A program made the position numbers and the translations under genes. A stretch of DNA of 49,174 nt. Source: Candidatus Bathyarchaeia archaeon. Its GTDB lineage: Archaea; Thermoproteota; Bathyarchaeia; Bathyarchaeales; Bathycorpusculaceae. The notes under the pieces were generated by a model that saw nothing but the letters and a program-made list of their open reading frames with translations, was not told the DNA's origin and did not search any database. Location of the stretch: contig JAVZLH010000008.1 in NCBI GenBank assembly GCA_038883855.1, forward strand, positions 1-49,174, read 5' to 3'. How positions within the stretch are numbered: the stretch's first letter is position 1; every line of letters begins with the position of its first letter. Below, piece by piece: positions 38,584 to 47,810 of the stretch.

Positions 38584-38898
38584 CTACTCCCCCTTTCCCT
38601 CCTCTTTAGGCTTTTCAGGCGGACTGTTCCGTTTGATGATGTACTTTGGTTCAGCAAGTTTGGCTTGTTCCACAGAGTCATAAATATTTGCTATTCCCTC
38701 GGCGACTTGTGTTCCTGTTTTTGTTTCTAACCTTTTAATGAAAACTAAGTTTGCATCTGCCTTTAACGCAGCGGCGATAGCGTTTCTGACTTCAAGCCTC
38801 GGCGGTGTGCTACCCGTTTGATCATGTTCCACGGTGAAATAAATTTCTCTCCGTTTTAGCAGAGGGTTATTTTTCTCTGATGTTATATTAAGTTTCAT
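38584..38898 (-). CDS. rps24e: 30S ribosomal protein S24e
   Basis: NPLLKRREI, STPPR, IYDS and EPKYIIKRN motifs. Confidence 0.96.
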   Translation of the reverse strand: MKLNITSEKNNPLLKRREIYFTVEHDQTGSTPPRLEVRNAIAAALKADANLVFIKRLETKTGTQVAEGIANIYDSVEQAKLAEPKYIIKRNSPPEKPKEEGKGE

Positions 38899-38939
38899 GA
38901 TTTTTCCTCGTGAGTGATTTTGACTGGTATGCCATCCCC

Positions 38940-39473
38940 CTATTTAGTTTTTCGAAAATTTTCCATAGCCTTAAGGATTCCAGCTACTTCTGCCTTCTTT
39001 TCAGGAGTCACTTTAACTAGAACTACGCCTTCCCGCGGCTGGCCATACGCAACGAAAGCATTTTCCTCAGCGTGTAAAATAGCTACGAGCGTTAGCAAGT
39101 CTTCTTCTCCATTTACGGTTATTTTTACTCTGCAATTGTTTTTTAACGCTTCTTGAATTGCTGTTATGGCTTCGTCTGTTATTGTCCCAGGGGGATTCTG
39201 GACATTGATGGATTTATCTGCCGCCAGTGGAATTGGCTTTATGCTTTTCCGCATCACCCTATTGTCCACAATCATAAGTCGTGGGAGCATCTTGCCTCTA
39301 ACAAAGTTCTTTGAAACTCTGTCCCCAACAGAGATCACGTAGGGCGGTTTCTCTTTCTCCACAATACTGCTAAGAACTTTAATTGTTTCAGCATGTGAAC
39401 CACGTATCAGTTCTCCTATCGGTTTTTTGAGCTTTCTGCGTAGTTCTGGTGTAAGAGCGTATACGATGTTCAT
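38940..39473 (-). CDS. GTP-dependent dephospho-CoA kinase (DUF359)
   Basis: LKKPIG, SVGD, VDNRVMR, NPPGTIT, GEEDLL and YGQPREG motifs; canonical position. Confidence 0.92.
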   Translation of the reverse strand: MNIVYALTPELRRKLKKPIGELIRGSHAETIKVLSSIVEKEKPPYVISVGDRVSKNFVRGKMLPRLMIVDNRVMRKSIKPIPLAADKSINVQNPPGTITDEAITAIQEALKNNCRVKITVNGEEDLLTLVAILHAEENAFVAYGQPREGVVLVKVTPEKKAEVAGILKAMENFRKTK

Positions 39474-39475
39474 GT

Positions 39476-39661
39476 CTATCTAACCTTCAAAGCGTAGCGC
39501 CCTTTTTCTTTGACATTCATAGCTTTTGCTATGAGTGAGTTTTCGGGATCGAAGATTATGGCTAGTCCGCTGAAGTCTTCGCTTAAGGATGCTGTTTTAC
39601 ATTTTGGGCATATATTTCCTTTGGTTAAATAGTGGCAGCTTGTACAAGCCTTTTCACTCAT
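39476..39661 (-). CDS. spt4: Transcription elongation factor Spt4 (RpoE'')
   Basis: ACTSCH...CPKC, SLIAKAM and GRYALKVR motifs. Confidence 0.95.
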   Translation of the reverse strand: MSEKACTSCHYLTKGNICPKCKTASLSEDFSGLAIIFDPENSLIAKAMNVKEKGRYALKVR

Positions 39662-39667
39662 TTTAAG

Positions 39668-40267
39668 TCACCCTTTCTCTTCTTCGCTGCTTTCTTTCTT
39701 TTCTTCAGTTACCGCTTCCTTTATCCTCTTAGATTCCTCTTCAATCCACTCCAGTTTTCCGAGGAAAGGCTGTCTGGCTGTCACGCCTATCTTCCCGGAA
39801 CTTCCAGCCCTGCCAAGGGAAACCGCCGTTATTCTTACACGAACTTGGTCACCGCTTGACAATTTCCTTTTCGTTTCTTTTCCGAAAAGAACTCCTTGTT
39901 TTTCGTCATAGGAGATGAAATCATCCATAAGCTGTGAAACGTGAAGCAACGCGTCCAACGGGCCTATGCGCACGAAGGCGCCGAAGTCGGCGATTTCCAC
40001 AACATCTCCTTCAACTATCTCCTGAATTTTAGGGTAGAACGTTAAGAGGGAGAAGGTTACCTTATGGTATGTAGCTCCATCTCCTGGAATTATTTTTCCA
40101 ATTGGGCTCACTTTAACATTGGTTACTGCAATAACGTAGCCCAATTCCTCGTCAACAGCCCCTTCGTACTTTTCTTTAACTTGCTGGAGACCTACGTGTT
40201 CTATGGGTTTGCCGAAGGTTTCTGGCGGAATGCGAATCGTGTCTTCAAGGGTTACAAGTTTAAACAT
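39668..40267 (-). CDS. rpoE: DNA-directed RNA polymerase subunit E' (Rpo7)
   Basis: IRIPP, IIPGDGATY, FGAFVRIGPLDALLHVSQ and TARQPFLGKLEW motifs. Confidence 0.97.
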   Translation of the reverse strand: MFKLVTLEDTIRIPPETFGKPIEHVGLQQVKEKYEGAVDEELGYVIAVTNVKVSPIGKIIPGDGATYHKVTFSLLTFYPKIQEIVEGDVVEIADFGAFVRIGPLDALLHVSQLMDDFISYDEKQGVLFGKETKRKLSSGDQVRVRITAVSLGRAGSSGKIGVTARQPFLGKLEWIEEESKRIKEAVTEEKKESSEEEKG

Positions 40268-40270
40268 TAA

Positions 40271-40675
40271 TTATATCGCCCCGTTAATTTCTAAGCGAGA
40301 CTTTTGCCTCACATAAATAACTGGCACATTTATATCTCTTAGCCTCTTCCTCAATCTTCTGTCATTCGTGAAAACGGGACAACTCCATTCCATAGCTGTT
40401 TTTAAAATGATATCGTCTGGTGAAAAAACGCCTTCTTCCTTTACATTTACGAGCTTGCATTTTTCGGCGAGTTTCAAAGCGTAAGAAGCGCTTCTCCTCA
40501 TTTGCGGTGAACCTTCCTGTCCAAGTCTTTCAAGTTCCCGCAGAACTGGCATGAGTAAGATGAGTTCAAAATTTCTTTTCAAAAGCGTTTTTAACTCTTC
40601 GAAAATGTCGATTCTAAATTGAAGTGGAACAAATAGCGCGTTTGAGTCCAAGATTATTTTTAATTTTTTTCCCAT
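40271..40675 (-). CDS. PIN domain protein (Utp24/Fcf1-like)
   Basis: ILDSNAL, ELERL, DDIIL and VFTNDRRLRKR motifs; canonical position between eIF2g and rpoE'. Confidence 0.9.
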   Translation of the reverse strand: MGKKLKIILDSNALFVPLQFRIDIFEELKTLLKRNFELILLMPVLRELERLGQEGSPQMRRSASYALKLAEKCKLVNVKEEGVFSPDDIILKTAMEWSCPVFTNDRRLRKRLRDINVPVIYVRQKSRLEINGAI

Positions 40676-40818
40676 GTTTCTCAGAACACATTCTCTCTCC
40701 AGTTTCTTTTATGCATTCTTGTAGGATATTCAGCCAAGTTTTCTTAAGCTAAGTTAAAGCTAAGCGCCGCAAGTTTTTGGCACACGTGAATCAGCTATTG
40801 GTTTAAGGTGAAAGCTAA

Positions 40819-41221
40819 TTGAATTTCAAGAGCGAGTGTGCGCTTATTCCGTTTTTATTAGTTGATGGAGTTTTGGTTTTTGGAATTCTCATCCTCTTAC
40901 AATTAGACTGGATTGTTAACCACACCCTTTACAGTTACAATCTCACCTTTGGTGTCGACTGGGCTGTTCCATACTGGACTTTTCTTAGATTAATTTTTGG
41001 CGCATTCTTTTTGGCGATTATTGCAATAACTGTTTTGGGCTTTGGTGTTTATAGGCAGGTTAGAGAGAGAAACAAGATGCCAGTTTAAATATGCAGAACA
41101 TGTGGAAGCCCGTGGATAAGCACCGCTATTAAAGGCTGAAGGAGAAAAGGTAAAAAATTCTGCGAAAATTAGGTTTATCAAAACCTATCCAAGGTGCAAC
41201 AAAAATCTGCTCACAGAATAA
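40819..41221 (+). pseudogene. Two-TM protein with decayed C-terminal zinc ribbon
   Basis: 89-aa TM ORF ends in TAA at 41088; the frame continues ICRTCGSPW, and a shifted frame gives FIKTYPRCNKNLL. Confidence 0.5.
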
Positions 41222-41242
41222 CAAGCGTTTTCTTTCAAAACT

Positions 41243-42517
41243 CTATAATATTATTCCGTACCCTATCAGTCTCCATCTTCCCGTGATTTTTCTGCTTATC
41301 GCAACTCTAGACCCCGCTTGTGCACAGACAGGTCTAGTGAGCTTAGCAGTAATCGTTTCTTTCTTTATCGAATCGACTTTCCCCACGGTTATGGCTGCAC
41401 CTACGTGAAGAAGCAAAGTTTCGCCAATGTTAATTTTTTCAACTTTAATAAGCTCCTTTGTTCCAACAGCCTGCTCTAGAATATGTGTCTCCAAAGTCAA
41501 CTCTGAAAGCGTAGGCGGAAGCATTCCCGATTTCCCAACAATGTTTCCAGTTAAACCATCTGCCTTAGAAAAGGACGGGTCTAGAAGAGTGCCGACACCC
41601 ACAAGCCCGCCGCAATGCGCCTCTTTAACGCTTTTCCCGCCAGCATGCAAACTAACTATCTCACTGAACAATGGATAATGGAACGACTTGCCCTCTCTTT
41701 CAATGCTGATTCCAGGGCGAATCTCAATCTCGTTTCCAACAGAAAACCTGCCCTGTAATATCGTGCCTCCTAGGACACCGCCTTCAAGCTTTTCAACAGG
41801 AGTACCAGGTTTGTTCACGTCGAAAGAGCGCACAACATACATTAATGGGGGTTTTGTTTCGTCTCTCTTTGGCGTTGGTATAAACTCTTCAATCGCTTGA
41901 ATGAGAATGTCCATGTTCACTCTCCTCTGGGCTGAAACAGGGATTATTGGAGCGTTTTCAGCCACTGTTCCCTTAACAAAATTTTTGATTTCCTCGTAAC
42001 TCCTCCGCGCTCTCTCCGCGTCAACAATGTCGATTTTGTTCTGCACTATAACTATGTTTTTCAAGCCGACAATTTCCGCAGCCGCTAGATGTTCTCTGGT
42101 TTGAGGTTGAGGGCAAGGTTCGTCAGCTGCTATCACAAGCAAGGCTCCATCCATTATCGCGGCTCCAGAAAGCATAGTAGCCATAAGAGCCTCGTGACCC
42201 GGGGCATCTACAAAGCTCACCGCCCTAACGAAAGTTGTTTTTGAACCGCAGTTTGGACAAGTGGGCTGCGTGGAATAGTTTTTGGGGCTTTCACAGTTCG
42301 GACATTTGTAAACGGGCATGTCTGCATAACCAAGCTTTATCGTTATACCCCTCTTCAACTCTTCGCTATGTCTTGACGCCCAAACACCAGTCAAAGCCTG
42401 CACTAATGTTGTTTTACCATGGTCAACATGCCCAATAGTACCGATGTTTATTTCAGGCTGCTTTGGCAGAGGGTCGCTTTTTTCACTGCTCATGTCCTTC
42501 TTTCCCATAAAGTGCAA
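41243..42517 (-). CDS. eif2g: Translation initiation factor 2 subunit gamma
   Basis: GHVDHGKTT, RGITIKLGY, DAPGHE, QNKID and WRLIGYG motifs; true start probably 42493 or 42508. Confidence 0.97.
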   Translation of the reverse strand: MHFMGKKDMSSEKSDPLPKQPEINIGTIGHVDHGKTTLVQALTGVWASRHSEELKRGITIKLGYADMPVYKCPNCESPKNYSTQPTCPNCGSKTTFVRAVSFVDAPGHEALMATMLSGAAIMDGALLVIAADEPCPQPQTREHLAAAEIVGLKNIVIVQNKIDIVDAERARRSYEEIKNFVKGTVAENAPIIPVSAQRRVNMDILIQAIEEFIPTPKRDETKPPLMYVVRSFDVNKPGTPVEKLEGGVLGGTILQGRFSVGNEIEIRPGISIEREGKSFHYPLFSEIVSLHAGGKSVKEAHCGGLVGVGTLLDPSFSKADGLTGNIVGKSGMLPPTLSELTLETHILEQAVGTKELIKVEKINIGETLLLHVGAAITVGKVDSIKKETITAKLTRPVCAQAGSRVAISRKITGRWRLIGYGIIL

Positions 42518-42565
42518 ATTACAGAAAAGGATTAACCTAGCAAGTTAATAAAGGTTAAGCCCTCT

Positions 42566-42985
42566 TTAAGAGCTATTTCCAGAGATTTCGCTCTCAGCTT
42601 CTTCCTTCTTTTCCTTTGCCATCCTTTCCTTCTCCAGGGGTTTTTCCACTATTTTCATGTTAATCTGCACAATTTCATCTGTTATGACGTTTCCACGAAC
42701 TGTCTTGCGTCTCCTTGCACCTTTAGCTTCAGGGTTAAAGCCAACACCACCGCTTAACACAACCTCCCGACGGACACCATCGTGAACATTAGGTCTCATT
42801 GGAAAACCATCTTTGTCTGAACCGCCAGTGATTTGCACTTTATGCCCAGGTAAATCTACTATTGAACCATCTATAACTTCGCCTATCCTTCTTCCAATAA
42901 GCGGGGCAGCGCGCGCTCCTTCAAGTTCTATGGATTTTGACGCCCCAGTTTCCGGATCGGACAATACTACCTTGAACTTCGCCAT
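42566..42985 (-). CDS. rps6e: 30S ribosomal protein S6e
   Basis: FKVVLSDP, ITGGSDKDGFPM and RRKTVRGN motifs. Confidence 0.97.
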   Translation of the reverse strand: MAKFKVVLSDPETGASKSIELEGARAAPLIGRRIGEVIDGSIVDLPGHKVQITGGSDKDGFPMRPNVHDGVRREVVLSGGVGFNPEAKGARRRKTVRGNVITDEIVQINMKIVEKPLEKERMAKEKKEEAESEISGNSS

Positions 42986-43042
42986 AGATGATTAGACTCT
43001 CCAGCGATGTTATGAGGTTAAATTTCCCTCTATTAAGGGTTT

Positions 43043-44314
43043 ATGAAAAAGTTAAAGGTTTCTCTAAATGGAAGAGGAGGTTTAGTTGGTAAGGTTTTAA
43101 TTCTACCACAACACGATTTCATAACTATGTGGCGGTTAGGGTTCTTCATTCACGAAATGGCATTCGGTTTGCTTTCGGTTTTTATCCCACTTTACGTAAT
43201 TGCTGTTGGCGGTTCTCTGATTGATGTGGGGATCATGACTGCAACTGCATTGTTTTCAGTTATCCCTGCATCCTTCTTTTGGGGTTACATATGCGACAGA
43301 ACAAGGCGTTACAAACGCTATATTCTCTTATCCTTTTTCACGACGACTATTATCCTTTACCTATTTACCTTTATAACAAGCGTAATTCTATTAATAATCC
43401 TCTACACCCTCATGTCAATTCTCCACGTCGCCCACGAAGCACCAAAAAATGTGCTGATAGCTGAATTATATTCACACAACGAATGGAAAAAAGCATTCGC
43501 ATTCTATGAAGGCTTTACCGAAATCGGATGGCTTTTCGGCTTGCTCTTAGGCTTTGCAGCATCAACCTACAACCTTAACTCAGGAACCCTACTGCTACTC
43601 TGTAGCGGACTGAACTTCGTTGCGTTTTTCATTTCCATTTTCTTGATAACGGATCCTGTAATGATTTTTGAAAGAAAACTTGTGAGCATAGAAAAAACAA
43701 TAGATTTCACTTACAAGGGAGTAATTCTCGCTTCAAAAATCATAGATGGACTAAAGACAAACGGAAAATTAAAAAGAGAAAATAATAATGCTTTTGGCAC
43801 GGGTTTGATTCTCTTTTCATTAGCAACAAACATGCTATTCACACCCCTCCCAATATTCTTCTCGAAAAATCTAGCTCTTCCAACAAGCATAATTTTTGCC
43901 ATTTATGCACTAAACTCTATCGGGGAAGTTACAGGCTATTTTATTGCAAGCAACGATTCAGAGCAGTGGACTCAGAAAATGCATATTTGTAAAATTGTAT
44001 TGGCAAGAAGTGTTCTAACTATTCTCTTAATCCCGGTTTTGTATTTACCAAATGTCAACATTGTGTTAGCAACATTAATCCTTACTCTAATGAGTTTTGC
44101 TTACGCAGTGTTTCTTGTTCGAACACTCGCTCTATTTATGGAACTGATACCCGCCGGAAAAACTGGGTTGTTCAATGTTCTCACAGGAGTGGGAGGTGCA
44201 TGCGGCTCGTTCATTGGACCTTACATGGCCCAAACTTTGGGCTTTGCATACGTCTTTATAATAGCAAGCGCGCTTTTCCTTCTCAGTTATCTAGCCTTCG
44301 AGATTTTTGCATAA
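43043..44314 (+). CDS. MFS transporter
   Basis: About 12 hydrophobic segments; WGYICDRTRRYK motif A variant; start uncertain. Confidence 0.88.
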   Translation: MKKLKVSLNGRGGLVGKVLILPQHDFITMWRLGFFIHEMAFGLLSVFIPLYVIAVGGSLIDVGIMTATALFSVIPASFFWGYICDRTRRYKRYILLSFFTTTIILYLFTFITSVILLIILYTLMSILHVAHEAPKNVLIAELYSHNEWKKAFAFYEGFTEIGWLFGLLLGFAASTYNLNSGTLLLLCSGLNFVAFFISIFLITDPVMIFERKLVSIEKTIDFTYKGVILASKIIDGLKTNGKLKRENNNAFGTGLILFSLATNMLFTPLPIFFSKNLALPTSIIFAIYALNSIGEVTGYFIASNDSEQWTQKMHICKIVLARSVLTILLIPVLYLPNVNIVLATLILTLMSFAYAVFLVRTLALFMELIPAGKTGLFNVLTGVGGACGSFIGPYMAQTLGFAYVFIIASALFLLSYLAFEIFA

Positions 44315-44321
44315 GCTGCAA

Positions 44322-45788
44322 TTATTCAACATGAACACGGAATAAGTCCACGTCCTCACGCATTTCTGGTGTTAACTCTAGGAATTCTCTTACGGCACGC
44401 TTGATATCTTTTGACTGCGTCACATAGCGCCCTACAATAATTATGTCCGCACCCTTTTCTAGAGCTTCTCTTGCTGTTTCAGGCACTATCCCACCAGCCA
44501 CGGCAACCAAGAAGCGTTTATCGCTAAAGGTTTGGCGAAGCTTCTGTATGAGGTCTAGCCCAATGGTTTTTCCAGTTTCTTGGTCTATCCCCCTATGTAT
44601 AATAATTACATCTGGAAAATCCTTCAATGTCTTTAGCTTTTCAATAGGATCTTCAACGTTTAACATATCAACCATGGAGTATATGCCAACTCTTCGCGCC
44701 TCGTATATGAAGGCGTTAAGCGTTTCTGCTGGAGCCAGACCAGCAGCCACCACAGCATCAGCAGTCTCTTCATAGGCTATGTCGACCTCAACTTTCCCCA
44801 CATCTAAAGTTTTCAAATCTGCAACCATGAAAACATCTTTGGCTACTTGCCTAAGCTCGTTTATCACCTTAGTTCCATAACGCTTTATAAGCGGCGTCCC
44901 GACCTCCAAGATTATTCTGTCGCTTCCAGGAATTTGCTCTATAATCCTCTTCGTCCTTTCAAGTTCCGGTATGTCAAGCGATATTTGCAGGTACGGCGGT
45001 CTCCAGAGGCGTGGAACCCTGAATCCCATTATCGGATGTTTAGCCCTATCCTTGTCATAGAACACCTTCTCGAGGGTGGGATACTTGTTCAACGCCCTTT
45101 TTAAGGCCAGTTTAGTTGCGCTATAGTTATAATGGTAGATTTTGCGGTAGTCCTTAGCTTGCGGATGGACAAAAACGCTGCATACGATAACCCAATCATC
45201 TACCTTATCACGGGGGATAAGCCCCTCTTCAACAGCATCTGCAACAGCTTTCGCCACAGCAGCTTGCGCAGGACCAAAAATTTTAGCAGCATCTTCCATG
45301 GTTTTAACAGTGACCTTTGGCACAAGAAGTGTATGCGGCTTAGGCGGCAAATTGGGTCTAATAACAGCAAGCAACGGCGTATGTCCAGCTGAAAGATTAG
45401 ACAAACCAGCGGCAAAAGCCTCTCCTACAGGACCATCTTTGTCGCCCATTAAAAGATCAATGTGTGCGACCTCCTCACCTTCCCCGACAAACGCCTCGCC
45501 AATAAGATATGTTTTCCCAGTTTCGACAGACTTCGGCACAATCGTTGTCGATAAATTCCGTGAAATATCTTTAAAATCGACATTGAACTCTTTCAGCCAA
45601 GCGTAAAGGGTGTCCCTATGTATGTTTAAGATTTTGGCGGTACCAGAAATTGTAGGTTTTGTCGGCTTAACCTTAAACATAGCTCGAGATTCCATTTCCT
45701 TTTTGGCAGCTTCCGTCAACATTCTTACAAATTCTTCTCTAGATTTTGGCTTTGCGACGTTGATCTCCGACACCTTGAACCTCACCAC
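44322..45788 (-). CDS. fae-hps: Bifunctional formaldehyde-activating enzyme / 3-hexulose-6-phosphate synthase with extra N-terminal HTH domain
   Basis: Fae: GEAFVGEGEEVAHIDL, GHTPLLAVIRPNL, FGPAQAAVAKAVAD. Hps: LEVGTPLIK, ADLKTLD, HRGIDQE, VAGG, IVGR. Residues about 45-70: TISGTAKILNIHRDTLYAWLKEFNV. Confidence 0.93.
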   Translation of the reverse strand: MVRFKVSEINVAKPKSREEFVRMLTEAAKKEMESRAMFKVKPTKPTISGTAKILNIHRDTLYAWLKEFNVDFKDISRNLSTTIVPKSVETGKTYLIGEAFVGEGEEVAHIDLLMGDKDGPVGEAFAAGLSNLSAGHTPLLAVIRPNLPPKPHTLLVPKVTVKTMEDAAKIFGPAQAAVAKAVADAVEEGLIPRDKVDDWVIVCSVFVHPQAKDYRKIYHYNYSATKLALKRALNKYPTLEKVFYDKDRAKHPIMGFRVPRLWRPPYLQISLDIPELERTKRIIEQIPGSDRIILEVGTPLIKRYGTKVINELRQVAKDVFMVADLKTLDVGKVEVDIAYEETADAVVAAGLAPAETLNAFIYEARRVGIYSMVDMLNVEDPIEKLKTLKDFPDVIIIHRGIDQETGKTIGLDLIQKLRQTFSDKRFLVAVAGGIVPETAREALEKGADIIIVGRYVTQSKDIKRAVREFLELTPEMREDVDLFRVHVE

Positions 45789-45811
45789 GTGGGTGGGTTA
45801 TGTGTGAAACT

Positions 45812-45928
45812 TGTATATAAGATTGTCGGATCATGTCGCTGATTTCCATGTCGATGAAAGTAATTTTTGTAGGGATAAATGTCGGATAGTGAAGGGCATG
45901 CGCAGTTTTTCGCTACATTTCAATGTCG
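45812..45928 (-). promoter_or_regulatory. fae-hps promoter: TATA box plus array of five TGTCG repeats
   Basis: Minus-strand TTATATACA at 45812-45820; + strand TGTCG at 45824, 45834, 45849, 45880 and 45924. Confidence 0.55.
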
Positions 45929-46015
45929 TGTCTCTTTGCTCATTCTTAGTCTTTTATAGTTAAACCTATATATTTCTGGAGGTAAAGAGTTTAAACTAAC
46001 TCGCAGGGTCACCTA

Positions 46016-46207
46016 ATGAGCTGGAAAGACTTAACATGTTTATTCTTGTTTTTGTTAGGTGCCGTTTTGTTCTTACATGGAGGCAACTTTTATAATGCAA
46101 TAACTGGTTGGGCTGGAGTTTTCCTCATATTAAGCAGCGTTTTCGCCGAAATATTCCTACACATATATGAGAGTATAAGAGAAAAGAGCAATATTCAAAA
46201 ACCATAA
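46016..46207 (+). CDS. Small two-TM membrane protein
   Basis: 63 aa, two hydrophobic segments joined by GGNFYNAITGWAG. Confidence 0.6.
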   Translation: MSWKDLTCLFLFLLGAVLFLHGGNFYNAITGWAGVFLILSSVFAEIFLHIYESIREKSNIQKP

Positions 46208-47728
46208 AGCTTTGAGTATTTATCGCTGAGGTAATTTAGGTATGGCTTAATGTCGAGACCTGTCCCAGCTATTTTCTTGATAAGGTCTTCTGGATCGTAG
46301 AGGTTGCCGTAACTGTGGACATTATTAACAAGCCACCTTTTTATGTTCTTGAAATTGCCTTTTGAAAGTTGTTGTCTCCAGTTGGGCAAGGTTTTTTCCA
46401 TTGCGTCAAGTATTTGCCCACTGTAAATATTGCCCAACGCGTAGCTCGGAAAATACCCATATAAACCACCAGCCCAATGAGTGTCTTGCATAACGCCTTC
46501 AGAGTCGTTTTCAACTTTTACCCCTAAATATTCTTGATACATCTGATTCCATATTTCAGGAAGTTCTTTAACGGTTATTTTGTCTGCAAAAAGATCTTTT
46601 TCGATTTTGAATCTAACTATTATATGCAGTCCATAAGTGACCTCATCTGCTTCCACTCGAATCTTTGATGGCTTAACATGGTTTATTGCATGAACAAACT
46701 TCTCCAGTTCCAAGTCTGCTAGAGTTTTGCCAGCAATTTCCTTCATTTTTGGAAGAAAGTACACCCAAAATTCGCGAGAGCGTCCAATTATGTTTTCCAC
46801 AAAGCGGGATTGCGACTCATGGAAACCCGAAGAGCATGCGGTGCCAACTGGTTGGTAAATCCACTCTTGTTTCAGGTTCTGCTCATATAGGGCATGACCG
46901 ATTTCATGAAGAACCGAGAAGATTGATGACATGAAGTTCTCCTCGTAAAAATGAGTTGTTATTCGCACGTCATAATAATAACCTGTTGTGAAAGGATGTT
47001 CAGTTTCATCTATTCTTCCCCCAGCCTCCTTTGAACTCGCATCATAATCTACGGTTTCCGCCAAAGCTTTGGCTATCCGACGTTGCACTTCTATTGGAAC
47101 ATTCCGTTCGAGAAAGCGCATTTCAGGTTGTTTTGGAGCCGCCTTGTATTCTTTCAAGATTGAAATTAGCCCTTTTTGTAATTCGTTAAAGATTTTAGCG
47201 ATTGTTTCAGCCGCCATTTTCGGTTCGTAAATATCGATTAACGCGTCATATGGTGTTGCGGTCTCTTTTACTTCCATAAGAATTTCTGCAGCCTTCTTTT
47301 TCAAATCCACAAGCTTTTCAAGCTCGGGTCTAAACATTGAGAATTTTTTGGCTGCTTTAGCTTTTTTCCAGACATCAACCGTTATAGTGCGTTGTTTAGC
47401 AATTTCGACAACCAAATCCTCGGGGAAGCGCTGTCTGCTCGTCATACTGTTTCTTTATTAGATACAGATTTCTTTTTTGAATCTCATCAAGATCATCGTA
47501 CTTTGGATTATGCAAAATGCTTTCGAGCAACATTCCTATTTCTGGGTCGGTGCTCATTTTATGTTCTATGAGGCTTAGCAAAGCTAGCTGTTGACTTCTT
47601 AGACCTATAGCTTTCGGAGGCATCATCGTTTCCGTATCCAAGTCTAAAATGTACTTGGCAGACTGGAAAACAAACAGGTCCTTCGCCTTATCCATTAGCC
47701 TCTTATAAACAGAGTTAATTTCCTCCAT
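46195..47728 (-). pseudogene. Thermostable carboxypeptidase (M32), split by a single +1 frameshift at about 47422-47425
   Basis: HEIGH, HESQS, HPF, IRVEADEVTY, GVMQDTHW and GYFPSYALG motifs; the N-terminal 110-aa ORF joins the rest if one C of CTT-CCC-C-GAG is skipped. Confidence 0.88.
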
Positions 47729-47810
47729 TTTTCGCTGCTCCCTTACTTAAAAGTTATTCTTCATAGGCTTAACTTACCTATGAGTTCTAGTTTATTGAAT
47801 TTAAAGCGTG

